Assembly (NCBI GenBank): GCA_964016885.1
Contig: OZ024741.1
Span: forward strand, 60,512,001 to 60,576,000
Source of the DNA: Eledone cirrhosa
Lineage: Eukaryota
Direction of reading: 5' to 3'
Length of the DNA: 64,000 bases
Part shown: positions 57,172 to 64,000 of the stretch, piece after piece
Position numbering within the stretch: position 1 is the stretch's first letter
How the letters are laid out: each line of letters starts with the position of its first letter
The notes under the pieces: generated by a model
Database searches by the model: none
What the model was told of the DNA's origin: nothing
The model's input: the letters and a program-made list of their open reading frames with translations, nothing else
Program-made: the position numbers and the translations under genes

Positions 57172-57760
57172 GACGTAAAATAAAAAAATATTTTTTTAAA
57201 AAAAATTTAAAAAAAATTTTTTTCTTACTTAAATTTTCACTCCAACTAATTAGTTTCTGCAATGGGATAAAGACAAATCACTGATTTGTCGAGCAAACTT
57301 GCCAAAACCACTTCTAAAAAAAAAAAACTAGCCTCTGTGTCACGTGATTGATTCTTTAGAATCGGCCATTTGACTTGAAGCAGTGAGAATTTCGGTACAT
57401 AGAATTCAGTCCTCGCAAGCTGTTCGATCTACCGAATTATTATTATTTTTATATGAGCCGCCAGTGTCCGCGCATTGCCTGGAGACTTAACTGAGAATAG
57501 ACTTCCTGATGACGCAATGAATTCTCGACAGTTGAATTACGTAACTGTCTTTATCCCATTGCAGAAACTAATTAGTTGGAGTGAAAATTTAAGTAAGAAA
57601 AAAATTTTTTTTAAATTTTTTTTAAAAAAATATTTTTTTATTTTACGTCCTTTATATTATTGTTCTGCATTCTCCTGCATTGAACCACCTAGGTACTATG
57701 ACATAACCTGTGTATTTGCTGGCATGGGCGTGCATCTGTGCGCTTATGTTAGTTGATATA
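57167..57760 (+). mobile_element. Family R2 element (short inverted end plus monomer) inserted in the (TA)n of array monomer 1
   Basis: 57167-57273 is the reverse complement of ~57547-57655; homologous to the 35 kb and 46 kb repeats. Confidence 0.85.
57501..57582 (+). ncRNA. Hammerhead motif, family R2 variant
   Basis: acttc-CTGATGA-cgcaatg..gacagtt/aactgtc..cattgca-GAAA-ctaattag-TT-ggagt. Confidence 0.8.
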
Positions 57761-57768
57761 TTAAATTA

Positions 57769-57932
<164 letters not shown>

Positions 57933-58083
57933 CAGGTACACATACATATATGTCCGTATCAGTTTAGCGGACGTTTATTATAACGCCCGCATTGTCCTTT
58001 TGTAAACAAACTGACAGTCTGAATTTATGCCGTACGCTGTTAAGGCAACCACGTCACCTTTTTATTCAACACTGACACAGGAA

Positions 58084-58124
58084 CGATGTACTAGTTTCAA
58101 GCTTCTTAGCTATCATCAGCACCG
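58084..58124 (-). ncRNA. Type I minimal hammerhead ribozyme (representative of the array monomers)
   Basis: minus: cggtg-CTGATGA-t-agct-aaga-agct-t-GAAA-ctag-TA-catcg; intact core, GUA cleavage triplet, palindromic stem III (actagt). Confidence 0.85.
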
Positions 58125-58361
58125 TATACCCTTCTGCCTGATGGTTGAACGTTCGAAAGTATATACTTTCCTTATGAAAATTAACGGCTAAGCAGCCTCA
58201 TTTGCATATCGAGTGAGTTCAGTCGGCCAGGCGCACCGAAAACAATAAGTTGTGATAAAATGAAAACGAAATTTCATTTCTCACTCTTAGTACGGCACTT
58301 ACTTAAATGTAAGTATGTATGTATACGTACATACATATATGTATACAGACGTACAGTAGCA

Positions 58362-58417
<56 letters not shown>

Positions 58418-59209
58418 CAGGTACACATACATATATGTACGTATCAGTTTAGCGGACGTTTATTATAACGCCCGCTTTGTCCGTTTGTAAACAAACTGAC
58501 GGCCTGAATTTATGCCGTACGGTGTTAAGGCAACCACGTCACCTTTTTGTTCAACACTGACACAGGAACAATGTACTAGTTTCAAGCTTCTTAGCTGTCA
58601 TCAGCACCGTATACCCTTCTGCCAGATGGTTGAAAGTACGAAAGTATATACTTTCCTTATGAAATTTCATTTCTCACTCTTAGTACGCCACTTACTTAAA
58701 TGTAAGTATGCATGTCTACGTACATACATATATGTATAGAGACGTACAGTAGCATGCATATATATATATATATATACATGCAGGTACACATACATATATG
58801 TACGTATCAGTTTAGCGGACGTTTATTATAACGCCCGCTTTGTCCGTTTGTAAACAAACTGACAGCCTGAATTTATTCCGTACTGTGTTAAGGCAACCAC
58901 GTCACCTTTTTGATCAACACTGACACAGGAACGATGTACTAGTTTCAAGCTTCTTAGCTTTCATCAGCACCGTATACCCTTCTGCCAGATGGTTGAACGT
59001 TCGAAAGTATACACTTTCCTTATGAAAATTAACGGCTGAGCAGCCTAATTTGCATATCGAGTGAGTTCAGTCGGCCAGGCGCACCGAAAACGATAAGTTG
59101 TAATAAAATGAAAACGAAATTTCATTTCTCACTCTTAGTACGGCACTTACTTAAATGTAAGTATGTATGTATACGTACATACATATATGTATACAGACGT
59201 ACAGTACCA

Positions 59210-59277
<68 letters not shown>

Positions 59278-59706
59278 CAGGTACACATACATACATGTAC
59301 GTATCAGTTTAGCGGACGTTTATTATAACGCCCGCTTTGTCCGTTTGTAAACAAACTGACAGCCTGCTTTTATGCCGTACGGTGTTAAGGCAACGACGTC
59401 ACCTTTTTGTTCAACACTGACACAGGAACGATGTACTACTTTCAAGCTTCTTAGCTATCATCAGCACCGTATACCCTTCTGCCAGATGGTTGAACGATCG
59501 AAAGTATATACTTTCCTTATGAAAATTAACGGCTGAGCAGCCTAATTTGCATATCGAGTGAGTTCAGTCGGCCAGACGCACCGAAAACGATAAGTTGTAA
59601 TAAAATGAAAACGAAATTTCATTTCTCACTCTTAGTACGCCACTTACTTAAATGTAAGTATGAATGTCTACGTACATACATATATGTATACAGACGTACA
59701 GTAGCA

Positions 59707-59770
<64 letters not shown>

Positions 59771-60199
59771 CAGTTACACATACATATATGTACGCATGAG
59801 TTTAGCGGACGTTTATTATAACGCCCGCTTTGTCCGTTTGTAAACAAACTGACAGCCTGAATTCATGCCGTACGTTGTTAAGGCAACCACGTGATCTTTT
59901 TATTCAACAATGACACAGGAACGATGTAGTAGTTTCAAGCTTCTTAACTATCATCAGCACCGTATACCCTTCTGCAAGATGGTTGAACGTTCGAAAGTAT
60001 ATACTTTCCTTATGAAAATTAACGGTTGAGCAGCCTAATTTGCATATCGAGTGAGTTCAGTCGGCCAGGCGCACCGAAAACGATAAATTGTAATAAAATG
60101 AAAACGAAATGTCATTGCTCACTCTTAGTACGGCACTTACTTAAATGTAAGTATGTATGTATACGTACATACATATATGTATACAGACGTACAGTAGCA

Positions 60200-60281
<82 letters not shown>

Positions 60282-60710
60282 CAGGTACACATACATATAT
60301 GTACGTATCAGTTTAGCGGACGTTTATTATAACTCCCGCTTTGTCCGTTTGTAAACAAACTGACAGCCTGAATTTATTCCGTACGGTGTTAAGGCAACCA
60401 CGTCACCTTTTTGATCAACACTGACACAGGTACGATGTACTTGTTTGAAGCTTCTTAGATATCATCAGCACCGTATACCCTTCTGCCAGATGGTTGAACG
60501 TTCGAAAGTATATACTTTCCTTATGAAAATTAACAGCTGAGCAGCCTAATTTGCATATCGAGTGAGTTCAGTCGGCCAGGCGCACCGAAAACGATAAGTT
60601 GTAATAAAATGAAAACGAAATTTCATTTCTCACTCTTTGTATGGCACTTACTTAAATGTAAGTATGTATGTATACGTACATACATATATGTATACAGACG
60701 TACAGTCGCA

Positions 60711-60792
<82 letters not shown>

Positions 60793-61249
60793 AATATATA
60801 TATATATAAATATATACATACAGGTACACATACATATATGTACGCATCAGTTTAGCGGACGTTTATCATAACGCCCGCTTTGTCCGTTTGTAAACAAACT
60901 GACAGCATGAATTTATGCCGTACGGTGTTAAGGCAACCACGTTACCTTTTTGTTCAACACTGACACAGGAACGATGTACTAGTTTCAAGCTTCTTAGCTA
61001 TCATCAGCACCGTATACCCTTCTGCCAGATGGTTGAACGTTCGAAAGTATATACTTTCCTTATGAAAATTAACGGCTGAGCAGCCTGATTTGCATATCGA
61101 GTGAGTTCAGTCGGCCAGGCGCACCGAAAACGATAAGTTGTAATAAAATGAAAACGAAATTTCATTTCTCACTCTTAGTACGGCACTTACTTAAATGTAA
61201 GTAAGTATGTATACGTACATACATATATGTATACAGACGTACAATAGCA

Positions 61250-61427
<178 letters not shown>

Positions 61428-61856
61428 CAGGTACACATACATATATGTCCGTATCAGTTTAGCGGACGTTTATTATAACGCCCGCATTGTCCTTTTGTAA
61501 ACAAACTGACAGTCTGAATTTATGCCGTACGCTGTTAAGGCAACCACGTCACCTTTTTATTCAACACTGACACAGGAACGATGTACTAGTTTCAAGCTTC
61601 TTAGCTATCATCAGCACCGTATACCCTTCTGCCTGATGGTTGAACGTTCGAAAGTATATACTTTCCTTATGAAAATTAACGGCTAAGCAGCCTCATTTGC
61701 ATATCGAGTGAGTTCAGTCGGCCAGGCGCACCGAAAACAATAAGTTGTGATAAAATGAAAACGAAATTTCATTTCTCACTCTTAGTACGGCACTTACTTA
61801 AATGTAAGTATGTATGTATACGTACATACATATATGTATACAGACGTACAGTAGCA

Positions 61857-61912
<56 letters not shown>

Positions 61913-62704
61913 CAGGTACACATACATATATGTACGTATCAGTTTAGCGGACGTTTATTATAACGCCCGCTTTGTCCGTTTGTAAACAAACTGACGGCCT
62001 GAATTTATGCCGTACGGTGTTAAGGCAACCACGTCACCTTTTTGTTCAACACTGACACAGGAACAATGTACTAGTTTCAAGCTTCTTAGCTGTCATCAGC
62101 ACCGTATACCGTTCTGCCAGATGGTTGAAAGTACGAAAGTATATACTTTCCTTATGAAATTTCATTTCTCACTCTTAGTACGCCACTTACTTAAATGTAA
62201 GTATGCATGTCTACGTACATACATATATGTATAGAGACGTACAGTAGCATGCATATATATATATATATATACATGCAGGTACACATACATATATGTACGT
62301 ATCAGTTTAGCGGACGTTTATTATAACGCCCGCTTTGTCCGTTTGTAAACAAACTGACAGCCTGAATTTATTCCGTACTGTGTTAAGGCAACCACGTCAC
62401 CTTTTTGATCAACACTGACACAGGAACGATGTACTAGTTTCAAGCTTCTTAGCTTTCATCAGCACCGTATACCCTTCTGCCAGATGGTTGAACGTTCGAA
62501 AGTATACACTTTCCTTATGAAAATTAACGGCTGAGCAGCCTAATTTGCATATCGAGTGAGTTCAGTCGGCCAGGCGCACCGAAAACGATAAGTTGTAATA
62601 AAATGAAAACGAAATTTCATTTCTCACTCTTAGTACGGCACTTACTTAAATGTAAGTATGTATGTATACGTACATACATATATGTATACAGACGTACAGT
62701 ACCA

Positions 62705-62768
<64 letters not shown>

Positions 62769-63197
62769 CAGGTACACATACATACATGTACGTATCAGTT
62801 TAGCGGACGTTTATTATAACGCCCGCTTTGTCCGTTTGTAAACAAACTGACAGCCTGCTTTTATGCCGTACGGTGTTAAGGCAACGACGTCACCTTTTTG
62901 TTCAACACTGACACAGGAACGATGTACTACTTTCAAGCTTCTTAGCTATCATCAGCACCGTATACCCTTCTGCCAGATGGTTGAACGATCGAAAGTATAT
63001 ACTTTCCTTATGAAAATTAACGGCTGAGCAGCCTAATTTGCATATCGAGTGAGTTCAGTCGGCCAGACGCACCGAAAACGATAAGTTGTAATAAAATGAA
63101 AACGAAATTTCATTTCTCACTCTTAGTACGCCACTTACTTAAATGTAAGTATGAATGTCTACGTACATACATATATGTATACAGACGTACAGTAGCA

Positions 63198-63259
<62 letters not shown>

Positions 63260-63688
63260 CAGTTACACATACATATATGTACGCATGAGTTTAGCGGACG
63301 TTTATTATAACGCCCGCTTTGTCCGTTTGTAAACAAACTGACAGCCTGAATTCATGCCGTACGTTGTTAAGGCAACCACGTGATCTTTTTATTCAACAAT
63401 GACACAGGAACGATGTAGTAGTTTCAAGCTTCTTAACTATCATCAGCACCGTATACCCTTCTGCAAGATGGTTGAACGTTCGAAAGTATATACTTTCCTT
63501 ATGAAAATTAACGGTTGAGCAGCCTAATTTGCATATCGAGTGAGTTCAGTCGGCCAGGCGCACCGAAAACGATAAATTGTAATAAAATGAAAACGAAATG
63601 TCATTGCTCACTCTTAGTACGGCACTTACTTAAATGTAAGTATGTATGTATACGTACATACATATATGTATACAGACGTACAGTAGCA

Positions 63689-63786
<98 letters not shown>

Positions 63787-64000
63787 CAGGTACACATACA
63801 TATATGTACGTATCAGTTTAGCGGACGTTTATTATAACTCCCGCTTTGTCCGTTTGTAAACAAACTGACAGCCTGAATTTATTCCGTACGGTGTTAAGGC
63901 AACCACGTCACCTTTTTGATCAACACTGACACAGGTACGATGTACTTGTTTGAAGCTTCTTAGATATCATCAGCACCGTATACCCTTCTGCCAGATGGTT

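Overview
AT-rich, microsatellite-dense animal DNA; the SINE and repeat style suggests a cephalopod (Octopus-like), which is an inference. No host gene exon could be identified with confidence. Almost all short ORFs in the track are (TA)n/(CA)n artefacts. The window is a mosaic of mobile elements: (i) four head-to-tail Dong/R4-type RLE LINEs in one (TAA)n tract, one full-length with a single homopolymer frameshift; (ii) an RTE-type LINE with a twin-priming 5' inversion and an 11-bp TSD; (iii) Penelope-like (PLE) GIY-YIG fragments; (iv) non-autonomous Helitrons, tRNA-derived SINEs and a tRNA-Thr-like copy. The main signal, not visible in the ORF track, is more than 35 type-I hammerhead ribozyme (HHR) motifs from roughly a dozen sequence families. 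Nearly all have a palindromic stem III and sit in or next to (TA)n tracts. They include a 14-monomer (~490 bp) HHR tandem array with a 7-mer higher-order repeat (56.7-64 kb), a ~525-bp HHR repeat family with compensatory stem II changes at three loci, U3-A8 core variants and very long stem II variants. This looks like a (TA)n-associated PLE/retrozyme system. All folds were assigned by eye and coordinates are hand-counted (a few bp error possible).
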